Source: a virus (Duplodnaviria > Heunggongvirae > Uroviricota > Caudoviricetes). From it: a DNA stretch of 21,074 nucleotides. The position numbers and the translations under genes were made by a program. Of the stretch, positions 1 through 7,903 are shown in pieces. The DNA is taken from IMG/VR virus record IMGVR_UViG_3300000358_000077. One strand, 5' to 3'. Every line of letters begins with the position of its first letter. Position 1 is the stretch's first letter. The notes under the pieces were generated by a model, which saw only the letters and a list, made by a program, of their open reading frames with translations, ran no database searches and was not told the origin of the DNA.

Positions 1-1143
1 CTATGCTGTTTTGATATCTACGATAATCCAGTCTTTACCACGATCATCATTGTATCGGTCGGTCATTTTTCTGGATTTATGACCTAACAACTTTTGCGTA
101 TCCAGCCCCTGTTCCCGATATAACCGTTCTGACAGAGATCGCTGCTCATGAAATGTGGGCGCAGTTCCTGGCTCCCATTTTATGCCACATTTTTCCCTGG
201 CCTTTTTAAAAGCCGTTGTAAGAGTATTTGCAGAAACCTGGTCTCCTCTGTTTGCTTGAGAGGTAGTGTGACGGTAATGGACCAGATATTTACTAACAAC
301 AGCATCCCTGCACTGAGATATAACTTCACGAAGGGTAATATTCAGAGCATCGCATTTCAGGCTAAGCGGAATAGCAAGTTTTGAACCGGTTTTTTCCTGA
401 GTAATGTGCAACATGTCGTCCCATATATCAGAGAATTTCAAATTGCAGATATCGCCTAAACGTTGTCCAGTGACAAGAGCAAGTAGCATCCCGCATTTTA
501 AATAGGGCTGCCGTCTGCTTACGCTGTCAAATATTGCCTGCCATTCGGACAGTGATAATCTTTGGCGGTTTACTCGATTTCGCGGTTGTTTTGTTGCCTG
601 CGCTGGGTTAAATCCTGGCGGAACATGTCCTGCGTGTTGTGCTTCTTTGAAGACGTCGATCAACACCATTCTCACGACTTGCGCCATCCTGTTATGACCT
701 TCAGCCTTTACAGCATCAATTATTTCGGCAATATCAAGTGCGGTAATATCCTTGAGGTGTTGCATTCCACAATGCTCACGGAAGAGACGAATGGGTTTGC
801 CTTTTTGCCGATAGGAGTTGGGTCTTAGTTCATTATGTTGCAGCCTGTCCTCCTGGATAGAAATATATTTATCAAGCCATTCTGTCACCGTAATGTCTGA
901 GCGCCTGCCTTTCATTCTTTCCAGACGCTCATTGACGCTTAATATTTGTCGGGTACGTTGTTCAGCAATAATGGTATTTGCTTCAGTAGCAACCTGTTTT
1001 GCTTCATTCTCATCAGTTCCTAAACTATGAAAACGACCGGATAGTGGATGTTTGTATTGCCAATATACCTTTCCGGTTCGCTTATCTAATTTGCAATATA
1101 AATTGGGTATAGAGATTTTGTGAGATCGGGGTCTAGCAGCCAT
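1..1143 (-). CDS. int: Lambda-family tyrosine recombinase (phage integrase), 380 aa
   Basis: Full ORF with ATG at 1143..1141 and stop at 3..1. C-terminal region has the tyrosine-recombinase pattern (HEQRSLSERLY...LLGHKSRKMTDRY) resembling lambda Int, but the protein as a whole is not lambda Int. Overlaps the upstream xis-like ORF by 11 nt. Confidence 0.9.
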   Translation of the reverse strand: MAARPRSHKISIPNLYCKLDKRTGKVYWQYKHPLSGRFHSLGTDENEAKQVATEANTIIAEQRTRQILSVNERLERMKGRRSDITVTEWLDKYISIQEDRLQHNELRPNSYRQKGKPIRLFREHCGMQHLKDITALDIAEIIDAVKAEGHNRMAQVVRMVLIDVFKEAQHAGHVPPGFNPAQATKQPRNRVNRQRLSLSEWQAIFDSVSRRQPYLKCGMLLALVTGQRLGDICNLKFSDIWDDMLHITQEKTGSKLAIPLSLKCDALNITLREVISQCRDAVVSKYLVHYRHTTSQANRGDQVSANTLTTAFKKAREKCGIKWEPGTAPTFHEQRSLSERLYREQGLDTQKLLGHKSRKMTDRYNDDRGKDWIIVDIKTA

Positions 1144-1369
1144 CAGCGATTATCCGTTGGAGTTTTGGGTTTGCGTTGATTGGGAGTTGCGGTTCTGCAA
1201 GCGTTCCTACAAAACGGGAATTTCGGTCAATCATCCAGTAGCGACCAACTTTTATAGCGGGTGGGGCCATCATTTTCCCTTGCGCGTATTTTTTCAGAAC
1301 TCGCTCACTTGGTGCTAAGTCCCCAAATTCTTCTTTAGCCCAGTCCTGTAAAGTGATTAGTCGAGACAT
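1133..1369 (-). CDS. xis: Putative excisionase / recombination directionality factor, 78 aa
   Basis: Small ORF immediately upstream of and overlapping int (typical xis-int arrangement). ATG at 1369..1367 is preceded by an AGGAGG Shine-Dalgarno. The sequence is not lambda Xis; the assignment is positional. Confidence 0.55.
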   Translation of the reverse strand: MSRLITLQDWAKEEFGDLAPSERVLKKYAQGKMMAPPAIKVGRYWMIDRNSRFVGTLAEPQLPINANPKLQRIIADGC

Positions 1370-1449
1370 TTGTCCTCCTCTTAGCTGCTGAGGGAGTTTG
1401 TGACCGATATATCTGACATGATATTAAGCTTATGGCAGGTACATCTCTT

Positions 1450-1525
1450 NNNNNNNNNNNNNNNNNNNNNNNNNNNNNNNNNNNNNNNNNNNNNNNNNNN
1501 NNNNNNNNNNNNNNNNNNNNNNNNN
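1450..1525. other. Run of 76 N (unresolved or masked sequence)
   Basis: Literal N characters in the sequence. ORFs called across it in the six-frame track are artefacts. Confidence 1.
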
Positions 1526-1579
1526 GTCATAGAGATAAATTTAATGCTGAGAAATGCAGTATTGAATTTATCAATTTTT

Positions 1580-1819
1580 CTATTTCCTGCGTATGGCACG
1601 TAACTTCTTAATGTGTTCTGCCGTTTCGATCTCTTCTGCTATCCGATCTGCATCAGCTTTATTCACAGGTTCAAAGTCATGATTAAAGCGGAACATGCTG
1701 GCGATACATGTTCTGCCTTTTCGGATGTAGTGAACTTTGTTGTGGGTAGAACGCAGGATTTTGCAGGGAGTGCCGTGGTGATCGACGTACCAGGTGTTAG
1801 GAAAAATGATTCTGAACAT
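1580..1819 (-). CDS. Hypothetical small protein, 79 aa
   Basis: ATG at 1819..1817 preceded by a GAGGTG Shine-Dalgarno. Same orientation as the neighbouring early-left genes. No recognisable motif. Confidence 0.45.
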   Translation of the reverse strand: MFRIIFPNTWYVDHHGTPCKILRSTHNKVHYIRKGRTCIASMFRFNHDFEPVNKADADRIAEEIETAEHIKKLRAIRRK

Positions 1820-1866
1820 TTTTACACCTCAATTGGACGATGTTAAAATTTGCTGCTTTGAGGCCA

Positions 1867-2085
1867 TCACAGTCCCCATTGTTTGTTCTTAAGTTCGATC
1901 TCCTCCTGGCAACTTGCACAAGTCCGACAACCCTGAACGGCCAGGCGTCTTCGTTCATCTATCGGATCGCCACACTCACAACAATGAGTGGCAGATATAG
2001 CCTGGTGGTTCAGGCGGCGCATTTTTATTGCTGTGTTGCGCTGTAATTCTTCAATTTCTGATGCTGAATCAATGATGTCTGCCAT
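1867..2085 (-). CDS. DksA/TraR-family C4-type zinc-finger protein, 72 aa
   Basis: ATG at 2085..2083. Contains paired cysteine motifs CCECGDPI...CRTCASCQ typical of TraR/DksA zinc fingers, comparable to lambda Orf73. Confidence 0.8.
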   Translation of the reverse strand: MADIIDSASEIEELQRNTAIKMRRLNHQAISATHCCECGDPIDERRRLAVQGCRTCASCQEEIELKNKQWGL

Positions 2086-2134
2086 CTTTCATTAATCCCT
2101 GAATTGTTGGTTAATACGCTTGAGGGTGAATGCG

Positions 2135-2161
2135 AATAATAAAAAAGGAGCCTGTAGCTCC
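2135..2161 (-). terminator. Putative rho-independent terminator for leftward transcription
   Basis: GGAGC-CTGTA-GCTCC hairpin at 2147..2161, followed on the minus strand by a U-rich tract (plus-strand AATAATAAAAAA at 2135..2146). Lies just downstream of the 71-aa gene. Confidence 0.45.
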
Positions 2162-2183
2162 ATGATGATTTTGTTTTTCATGT

Positions 2184-2399
2184 TCACCGTTCCTTAAAGA
2201 CGCCGTTTAACATGCCGATCGCCAGGCTTAAATGAGTCGGTGTGAATCCCATCAGCGTTACCGTTTCGCGGTGCTTCTTTAGTACGCTACGGCAAATGTC
2301 ATTGACGTTTTTATCCGGAAACTGCTGTCTGGCTTTTTTGATTTCATAATTAGCCTGACGGGCAATGCTGCGAAGGGCGTTATTATGTTCTATTGTCAT
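2184..2399 (-). CDS. Hypothetical protein, 71 aa
   Basis: ATG at 2399..2397 with a GAGG Shine-Dalgarno 5 nt upstream, starting 7 nt after the stop of the 250-aa gene. The longer ORF in the track (2184..2537) overlaps that gene and is probably not the true start. Confidence 0.45.
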   Translation of the reverse strand: MTIEHNNALRSIARQANYEIKKARQQFPDKNVNDICRSVLKKHRETVTLMGFTPTHLSLAIGMLNGVFKER

Positions 2400-2406
2400 A
2401 TTGGCC

Positions 2407-3159
2407 TCACACTTCGAATGCCAGTTGAGGGGTAAAGACGTCCCGTTCAGCGTTGTAATTAAGTGAACTGGCACTGTTGAATGATTCAATGCGTTCCACA
2501 AGAACTTGCGTACGGGTTTCTTTACTTGCGGGAGCATATGGCGAACCTACCCAGGATTTGTCGATGCCTATATTTCTTGCGACGTTCGTGCTGTCTGCAG
2601 ACGAAAGCGGTACATGAGTAAAAATGTCTTTATTTAACATCCGTAACCCATGAATCTTGGTGATTGGGTAGCCGTACTGATCTACAACATGACGTATAAG
2701 ATCGCGTAGTTTAGCCCGACACGCTCTCGGTCGTTTTGCATCGTATTCCCCCATCGAGCCGATGCAGACGCGGGGAAACTCATGGCACAGACGAATAAAT
2801 CGCTCATCCGGTTCGTTCATGTGCCACACCGGAGCACCAATAAATTTACCGTGAGGCCATGCCGCAATCAGGGCGTCATTCTCTTCACTGGTTCTGCCGA
2901 TAACATCCGGGATAACCGCGAATGAGAAACGAGGGTGATTACCCCAGCGTTCAACAAATCTGTAATATTCATTCCAGTCTATGGCCTTGTTTTTTGTCCA
3001 GAATGTGAATGCACCATTATCAAGAGCAAATGATTGGGTGACTTCGGAAGCCAGATCAATCTGAGCTGGATTAGCAAAACTGATGAATGCGTGTCTGCCT
3101 TTCCAGGCTTTCAACGCACAGGTATCGGGAGTTATTGGACCACCGTGAAAATGAATCAT
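2407..3159 (-). CDS. Hypothetical protein, 250 aa, function unknown
   Basis: ATG at 3159..3157 preceded by a GGGAG Shine-Dalgarno. The start overlaps the stop of the upstream 52-aa ORF (ATGA). No motif I can assign with confidence. Confidence 0.6.
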   Translation of the reverse strand: MIHFHGGPITPDTCALKAWKGRHAFISFANPAQIDLASEVTQSFALDNGAFTFWTKNKAIDWNEYYRFVERWGNHPRFSFAVIPDVIGRTSEENDALIAAWPHGKFIGAPVWHMNEPDERFIRLCHEFPRVCIGSMGEYDAKRPRACRAKLRDLIRHVVDQYGYPITKIHGLRMLNKDIFTHVPLSSADSTNVARNIGIDKSWVGSPYAPASKETRTQVLVERIESFNSASSLNYNAERDVFTPQLAFEV

Positions 3160-3314
3160 ACACTCTCCCGTTTATTATTTATCTCCTCAGCCAGCCGCTG
3201 GGCTTTCAGCGGATTTCGGATAACAGAAAGGCCGGGAAATACCCAGCCTCGCTTTGTAACGGAGTAGACGAAAGTGATCGCGCCTACCCGGATATTATCG
3301 TGAGGATGCTTCAT
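3156..3314 (-). CDS. Small ORF, 52 aa, translationally coupled between exo and the 250-aa gene
   Basis: ATG at 3314..3312 overlaps the exo stop (ATGA); its TGA stop overlaps the ATG of the 250-aa gene. Not in the ORF track because it is under 60 aa; found by reading the minus strand. Same position as lambda orf60a. Confidence 0.4.
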   Translation of the reverse strand: MKHPHDNIRVGAITFVYSVTKRGWVFPGLSVIRNPLKAQRLAEEINNKRESV

Positions 3315-3991
3315 TGCCATTGCTCCCCATATACAAAACCAATTTCAGCCAGTGCCTCGTCCATTTTTTCGATGAACTCCGGCACCATCTCGTCAAAACT
3401 CGCCATGTACTTTTCATTCCGCTCAACCACGACATAATGCAGGCCTTCACGCTTCATGCGCGGGTCATAGTTGGCAAAGTACCAGGCATCTTTTCGCGTC
3501 ACCCACATGCTGTACTGCACCTGGGCCATGTAAGCCGATTTTATTGCCTCGAAACCACCGAGCCGGAATTTCATGAAATCCCGGGAGGTAAACGGGCATT
3601 TCAGTTCAAGGCCGTTGCCGTCACTGCATAAACCATCGGGAGAGCAGGCGGTACGCATACTTTCGTCGCGATAGATGATCGGTGATTCAGTAACATTCAC
3701 GCCGGAAGTGAACTCAAACAGGGCTCTGGCGTCGTTCTCGTACTGTTTTCCCCAGGCCAGCGCTTTAGCGTTAACTTCCGGAGCCACACCGGTGCAAACC
3801 TCAGCAAGCAGGGTGTGGAAGTAGGACATTTTCATGTCAGGCCACTTTTTTCCGGAGCGGGGTTTTGCTATTACGTTATGAACTTCTGAAGCTGTGATGA
3901 CGCCGAGCCGTAATTTGTGCCACGCATCATCCCCCTGTTCGACAGCTCTCACGTCGATCCCGGTACGCTGCAGGATAATGTCCGGTGTCAT
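3311..3991 (-). CDS. exo: Lambda exonuclease (Red-alpha), 226 aa
   Basis: Protein [40 protein letters not shown]... is near-identical to lambda Exo as I recall it. 4-nt overlap with bet. Confidence 0.95.
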   Translation of the reverse strand: MTPDIILQRTGIDVRAVEQGDDAWHKLRLGVITASEVHNVIAKPRSGKKWPDMKMSYFHTLLAEVCTGVAPEVNAKALAWGKQYENDARALFEFTSGVNVTESPIIYRDESMRTACSPDGLCSDGNGLELKCPFTSRDFMKFRLGGFEAIKSAYMAQVQYSMWVTRKDAWYFANYDPRMKREGLHYVVVERNEKYMASFDEMVPEFIEKMDEALAEIGFVYGEQWQ

Positions 3992-4773
3992 GCTGCCACC
4001 TTCTGCTCTGCGGCTTTCTGTTTCAGGAATCCAAGAGCTTTTACTGCTTCGGCCTGTGTCAGTTCTGACGATGCGCGAATGTCGCGGCGAAATATCTGGG
4101 AACAGAGCGGCAATAAGTCGTCATCCCATGTTTTATCCAGGGCGATCAGCAGAGTGTTAATCTCCTGCATGCTTTCATCGTTAACCGGAGTGATGTCGCG
4201 TTCCGGCTGGCGTTCTGCAGTGTATGCGGTATTTTCGACAATGCGCTCGGCTTCATCCTTGTCATAGATACCAGCAAATCCGAAGGCCAGGCGGGCACAC
4301 TGAATCATGGTTTTATGCCGTAACATTCGTTTGGGATGCGACTGCCACGGCCCCGTGATTTCTCTGCCTTCGCGAGTTTTGAATGGTTCGCGGCGGCATT
4401 CATCCATCCATTCGGTAACGCAGATCGGATGATTACGGTCCTTGCGGTAAATCCGGCATGTACAGGATTCATTGTCCTGTTCAAAGTCCATGCCGTCAAA
4501 CTGCTGGTTTTCGTTGATGATGCGGGACCAGCCATCAACGCCCACCACCGGAACGATGCCGTTCTGCTTATCAGGGAAGGCGTAAATTTCTTTCGTCCAC
4601 GGATTAAGGCCGTATTGGTTGGCGACGATCAGCAATGCGATGAACTGCGCATCGCTGGCATCGCCTTTAAATGCTGTCTGGCGAAGAGTGGTGATCAGTT
4701 CCTGTAGGTCGACAGAATCCATGCCGACACGTTCAGCCAGCTTCCCTGCCAGCGTTGCGAGTGCTGTACTCAT
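3988..4773 (-). CDS. bet: Single-strand annealing protein Bet (Red-beta), 261 aa
   Basis: Protein [48 protein letters not shown]... is near-identical to lambda Bet as I recall it. Confidence 0.95.
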   Translation of the reverse strand: MSTALATLAGKLAERVGMDSVDLQELITTLRQTAFKGDASDAQFIALLIVANQYGLNPWTKEIYAFPDKQNGIVPVVGVDGWSRIINENQQFDGMDFEQDNESCTCRIYRKDRNHPICVTEWMDECRREPFKTREGREITGPWQSHPKRMLRHKTMIQCARLAFGFAGIYDKDEAERIVENTAYTAERQPERDITPVNDESMQEINTLLIALDKTWDDDLLPLCSQIFRRDIRASSELTQAEAVKALGFLKQKAAEQKVAA

Positions 4774-4778
4774 CCGTT

Positions 4779-5075
4779 TTATACCTCTGAATCAATATCA
4801 ACCTGATGGTGAGCAATGGTTTCAACCATGTACCGGATGTGTTCTGCCATGCGCTCCTGAAACTCAACATCGTCATCAAACGCACGGGTAATGGCTTTTT
4901 TGCTGGCCCCGTGGCGTTGCAAATGATCGATGCATAGCGATTCAAACAGGTGCTGGGGCAGGCCTTTTTCCATGTCGTCTGCCAGTTCTGCCTCTTTCTC
5001 TTCACGGGCGATCTGCTGGTAGTGACGCGCCCAGCTTTGAGCCTCAAGACGATCCTGAATGTAATAAGCGTTCAT
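4779..5075 (-). CDS. gam: Gam (RecBCD inhibitor), 98-aa GamS form
   Basis: Protein [47 protein letters not shown]... is near-identical to lambda GamS. The upstream frame (..FRSSA before the Met) hits a stop quickly, so the long GamL form is not encoded. Confidence 0.9.
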   Translation of the reverse strand: MNAYYIQDRLEAQSWARHYQQIAREEKEAELADDMEKGLPQHLFESLCIDHLQRHGASKKAITRAFDDDVEFQERMAEHIRYMVETIAHHQVDIDSEV

Positions 5076-5150
5076 GGCTGAACTCCTGAAAATGGCTGTG
5101 AAAATATCGCCCGCTAAATGCCAGGCTGATTAGGTAAACAGGAAAGGGGA

Positions 5151-5357
5151 TTAGTGATTCAGGCCGTTGCCGCGTCCGTCGAGAAAAACTTCCACGAGCA
5201 AATCACGGGTATAAGTGCGCTCGATGCCGCGATGCAGATAAAGCCGTCCGCGTAAATTAGCTGATGCAGTCCAGGTACCATCTTTGTGTTTGACCAGCAT
5301 TCCTGGCATGACCGCACCGCGATTAACGGTCTGCGTTCCGTAATGTTGATGAACCAT
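5151..5357 (-). CDS. Hypothetical protein, 68 aa, in the kil/cIII position
   Basis: ATG at 5357..5355 preceded by AGGAG with a 5-nt spacer. First gene downstream of the leftward early leader. The sequence is not lambda Kil or CIII as far as I can recall. Confidence 0.5.
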   Translation of the reverse strand: MVHQHYGTQTVNRGAVMPGMLVKHKDGTWTASANLRGRLYLHRGIERTYTRDLLVEVFLDGRGNGLNH

Positions 5358-5632
5358 AAAAACTCCTGCCCGTAAGCTGGGCTGCTGAACAAATAAGGGG
5401 TTGCGCAGTATCTGGCGGTGGATGGCCGCCGGTTGTCATAACTAAGTCGCCTCGTTGAAGCAACTGAGGTATGAAGTGTTGAGTTGATTTCAGCTGGTCA
5501 CACCGACGTTCACGCGTCCGTTTCACCCCTCGCACTCCCCGGAGCCTGCTGAAATTCAAGCTGCGGATCTAAGCGGTCATCGCAACGGTGAATCAGGTGG
5601 TTGCCGTATCGTTGTGTTGTTGCGACATGGTG

Positions 5633-5661
5633 ATAATAGCTATTGCTATTGGTGATATCAA
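5633..5661 (-). promoter_or_regulatory. Candidate leftward early promoter (pL analogue)
   Basis: On the minus strand: TTGATA (-35, plus 5656..5661), 17-nt spacer, TATTAT (-10, plus 5633..5638). Overlaps the TTGCTATT operator repeats. Confidence 0.45.
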
Positions 5662-5710
5662 TACTTATTGCTATTGTTAGATGTGTTTTGCTATTAAATG
5701 TTTGATAGCA
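5635..5710. promoter_or_regulatory. Left operator region (OL analogue): repeated TTGCTATT / ATAGCAA motifs
   Basis: TTGCTATT at 5643, 5668 and 5688, with inverted ATAGCAA copies at 5635..5640 and 5704..5710. The same 8-mer recurs twice between cI and cro. Confidence 0.5.
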
Positions 5711-5800
5711 AAAAGAATTAATTTTGTAACTTGAATCGCATAGCGATAACTGAAGCGAGGTCGTGGTGGTTTTTTGAACGGTTTGTGTGATGAGGGGAGG

Positions 5801-5828
5801 CAAAAGAAAACCCGGCACGGTGGCCGGG
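5801..5828 (-). terminator. Rho-independent terminator immediately after the 317-aa gene
   Basis: CCCGGC-ACGGTG-GCCGGG hairpin (5811..5828) followed on the minus strand by UUUUCUUUUG (plus CAAAAGAAAA at 5801..5810). Starts about 6 nt after the stop codon. Confidence 0.6.
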
Positions 5829-5833
5829 TATCT

Positions 5834-6787
5834 TTATTCGAATGGAAGATCTATTTGCCTTTGAGGATTCAACTGTTTTTTTACATGCTCAATTTCGAAT
5901 ATGGTTTTTATGGCATCTCCGATCATATATTGAGTTACTTTTAAATCTACAAGTAACATATCACCTTTAGAAAAATTTAAGGTGTTGTTATCAATATCGC
6001 TGATGAATTTCTGGTCTTTTATTTCAGCCAAAAAGCTACTGGCACCATCAGAAAACCGCCACCGGCTTCCTTCATTGAAGGAAATATTTTTAATTTGAAG
6101 GGCTTTCTCTACTGTGTACTCTGAAATTATTGATTCTGCTGGTAGATTGACTTTGAAATAATGTGCTTCTTGCTTGTTGATCGTCATGAATGTCAAACCA
6201 TCATCGACAGTAGAGGCAAAGCTGTCAATGCCTTCCTGCTCTAATGGCTTACTTATAACTTCTTGTAATGAAGAGCGAAGTTTAATATTTTTATAAAGTT
6301 CAATAACGTTACTGTCGTAGATCTCGCTTTCGTCATCAACAAAGACTTCGATGTTGCTATCAGGCAAATTGTGTAATTTTTTTATTTTCCTTGGACCTAT
6401 CCATTTTATCAGTTGAATTAGGCCTTTGCATATTTTTTCTTTAGAACCAGGACAGAGTCCAATAAAAGCAATCAAATTCGCAGCGGCTGTTGCTGAATCG
6501 CCGGATAAAAAATCAACAGCCTGTTTGAACCAAGATGTAGATGAGGCAACCAGATCTATTCCAAATGAGCCAGCTTTAAATGATGCATTGACTTTTACAG
6601 AAACAACAGTCTTGTTTCCGTAGAGAGTTTTACCGGCTTCCTCTAATGCATCTGATAGTGATAGAAGGGCAGGAGCAAGGTCTCGCACGTTCATTTCATG
6701 CGTTTCCAGTGCCGGACCGTCGTATACTATCCTGAACTTCATATCATTGGTTTCCGAATTGTTGCCCGCATCCATTATGGCATTCAC
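5834..6787 (-). CDS. Hypothetical protein, about 317 aa, in the rexA/rexB slot downstream of cI; function unknown
   Basis: Long ORF co-oriented with cI, followed by its own terminator, visibly AT-rich relative to flanking phage genes. Start is ambiguous: GTG at 6787, ATG at 6775 or ATG at 6742, none with a strong Shine-Dalgarno. No recognisable motif. Confidence 0.65.
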   Translation of the reverse strand: MNAIMDAGNNSETNDMKFRIVYDGPALETHEMNVRDLAPALLSLSDALEEAGKTLYGNKTVVSVKVNASFKAGSFGIDLVASSTSWFKQAVDFLSGDSATAAANLIAFIGLCPGSKEKICKGLIQLIKWIGPRKIKKLHNLPDSNIEVFVDDESEIYDSNVIELYKNIKLRSSLQEVISKPLEQEGIDSFASTVDDGLTFMTINKQEAHYFKVNLPAESIISEYTVEKALQIKNISFNEGSRWRFSDGASSFLAEIKDQKFISDIDNNTLNFSKGDMLLVDLKVTQYMIGDAIKTIFEIEHVKKQLNPQRQIDLPFE

Positions 6788-6848
6788 CTGATCACATATA
6801 CAGTTAATTTACGATATTGTCTTAAATCTTAAAACTTCTATTGTATGG

Positions 6849-7541
6849 CTACCCATGCTTCCTATACGTCTGCGGCATGCTCCCAATAACCTTACCGAAG
6901 ATGAACACCCGGTTCATCTCGTCTTTCTCGATCGGGTCCCAAGGTGAGTAGCTCTTGTTATCAGAGATAACCAGCAGCTTATCCTTCATCATTTGCAGAC
7001 GCTTTACATGGGCTGTGTCGTCGTACAGAAACGCATAGATACCATCACCGTCGAAAGATTTAACCGTGATATCAACGAACAGCAGATCACCTGGTTCGAT
7101 CGTTCCTGACATGCTGTCACCACGCACGTTAATGATGCGGATATTTTCCGCCTTCCTGCCATCGAACATGTGACGAGCATCGTCAAACGAGTACTCAACC
7201 GAGCGTAGAACTTCTACAAACTCACGATTGATGACACCCGGCCCGGCACTGACTTCTATATCAAGAACGTCAATCTTGAAGTATTTGGAATGGTTGACAG
7301 CAGGCTTCCCTGATTGTTGACCGTCATTTCTCATCGGGCCTATGCCTGATGAGAGCCACTCAGTTCGAACACCCAATGCATTAGCTATTTCAACAATTTT
7401 TGTTGAGCCGCGCGCGTTGCCGCTTGTCAGTCTCCAGATTGTGGGTTGAGCTACGCCAGACGCCTTTGCAAGAGCGCCTTGAGACATTCCAGATTGTTCC
7501 ATCGCTAGGTTTAAGCGATCAGCAAGAGTTTCTTTTTTCAT
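6849..7541 (-). CDS. cI: CI-type immunity repressor (N-terminal HTH, C-terminal S24 LexA-like peptidase domain), 230 aa
   Basis: HTH-like segment GMSQGALAKASGVAQPTIWRL. C-terminal domain has the autocleavage-type serine (RGDSMSGTI) and lysine (AHVKRL) motifs. ATG at 7541..7539 sits close to the predicted pRM start (near-leaderless, as in lambda). The track ORF to 7577 uses an upstream TTG. Confidence 0.85.
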   Translation of the reverse strand: MKKETLADRLNLAMEQSGMSQGALAKASGVAQPTIWRLTSGNARGSTKIVEIANALGVRTEWLSSGIGPMRNDGQQSGKPAVNHSKYFKIDVLDIEVSAGPGVINREFVEVLRSVEYSFDDARHMFDGRKAENIRIINVRGDSMSGTIEPGDLLFVDITVKSFDGDGIYAFLYDDTAHVKRLQMMKDKLLVISDNKSYSPWDPIEKDEMNRVFIFGKVIGSMPQTYRKHG

Positions 7542-7579
7542 AAGTTTTAATTTATACGCTCGCGTATTGATGGTCAAAA

Positions 7580-7640
7580 CACGTTTTGCTATTGATTGGG
7601 TTAATACGCATTGCTATTATCTATTCATTGCAATACCAAT
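7580..7640. promoter_or_regulatory. Right operator/promoter region (OR, pR, pRM analogues)
   Basis: TTGCTATT at 7586..7593 and 7611..7618. Candidate pR on the plus strand: TTGATT (7592..7597), 17 nt, TATTAT (7615..7620). Candidate pRM on the minus strand: TTGACC, about 15 nt, TATAAA, ending a few nt before the cI ATG. Confidence 0.5.
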
Positions 7641-7651
7641 AGGAATTGATA

Positions 7652-7879
7652 ATGACAAATCAAACCATTCAACTCGCAATCAGTATTACAGGTAGTCAAA
7701 AACGACTGGCAGATCTATGCGGTGTAGCCCAACCCACTGTTTGGCGTTGGCTACACGGTGGCGGAATTGATGCCCGCTATGTAATGAAAATTGTCTCAGC
7801 CACTGGTGGAAAGATTAAACCAGCAGATATTCGTCCCGACCTCGCACCATTGTTTAACGCGAGTAATTCTGCCGCCTAA
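7652..7879 (+). CDS. cro: Cro-like HTH regulator (YdaS-like), 75 aa
   Basis: Divergent from cI across the operator region. ATG at 7652 preceded by AGGA with a 7-nt spacer (the track ORF starts at an upstream TTG). HTH-like segment LADLCGVAQPTVWRW. Confidence 0.7.
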   Translation: MTNQTIQLAISITGSQKRLADLCGVAQPTVWRWLHGGGIDARYVMKIVSATGGKIKPADIRPDLAPLFNASNSAA

Positions 7880-7903
7880 ACTGCGGCGTTAACTGATAAG
7901 GCA

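Noticed and set aside
3314-4707. Plus-strand ORFs (3314..3631, 3917..4267, 4336..4707, 4619..4891) antisense to exo/bet/gam
   Set aside because: They lie entirely inside strongly supported, lambda-identical minus-strand genes and have no start context; antisense chance frames.
5510-5818. 102-aa minus-strand ORF spanning the operator/promoter region
   Set aside because: It starts at a GTG inside the predicted terminator, runs through the TTGCTATT operator repeats and pL, and has no ribosome-binding site. Most likely a chance open frame.
7869-7890. GCCGC-CTAAACT-GCGGC hairpin overlapping the cro stop codon, considered as a tR1 terminator or nutR boxB
   Set aside because: The stem is only 5-6 bp, there is no U-tract, and the next gene starts 14 nt later. 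Too weak to call from sequence alone.
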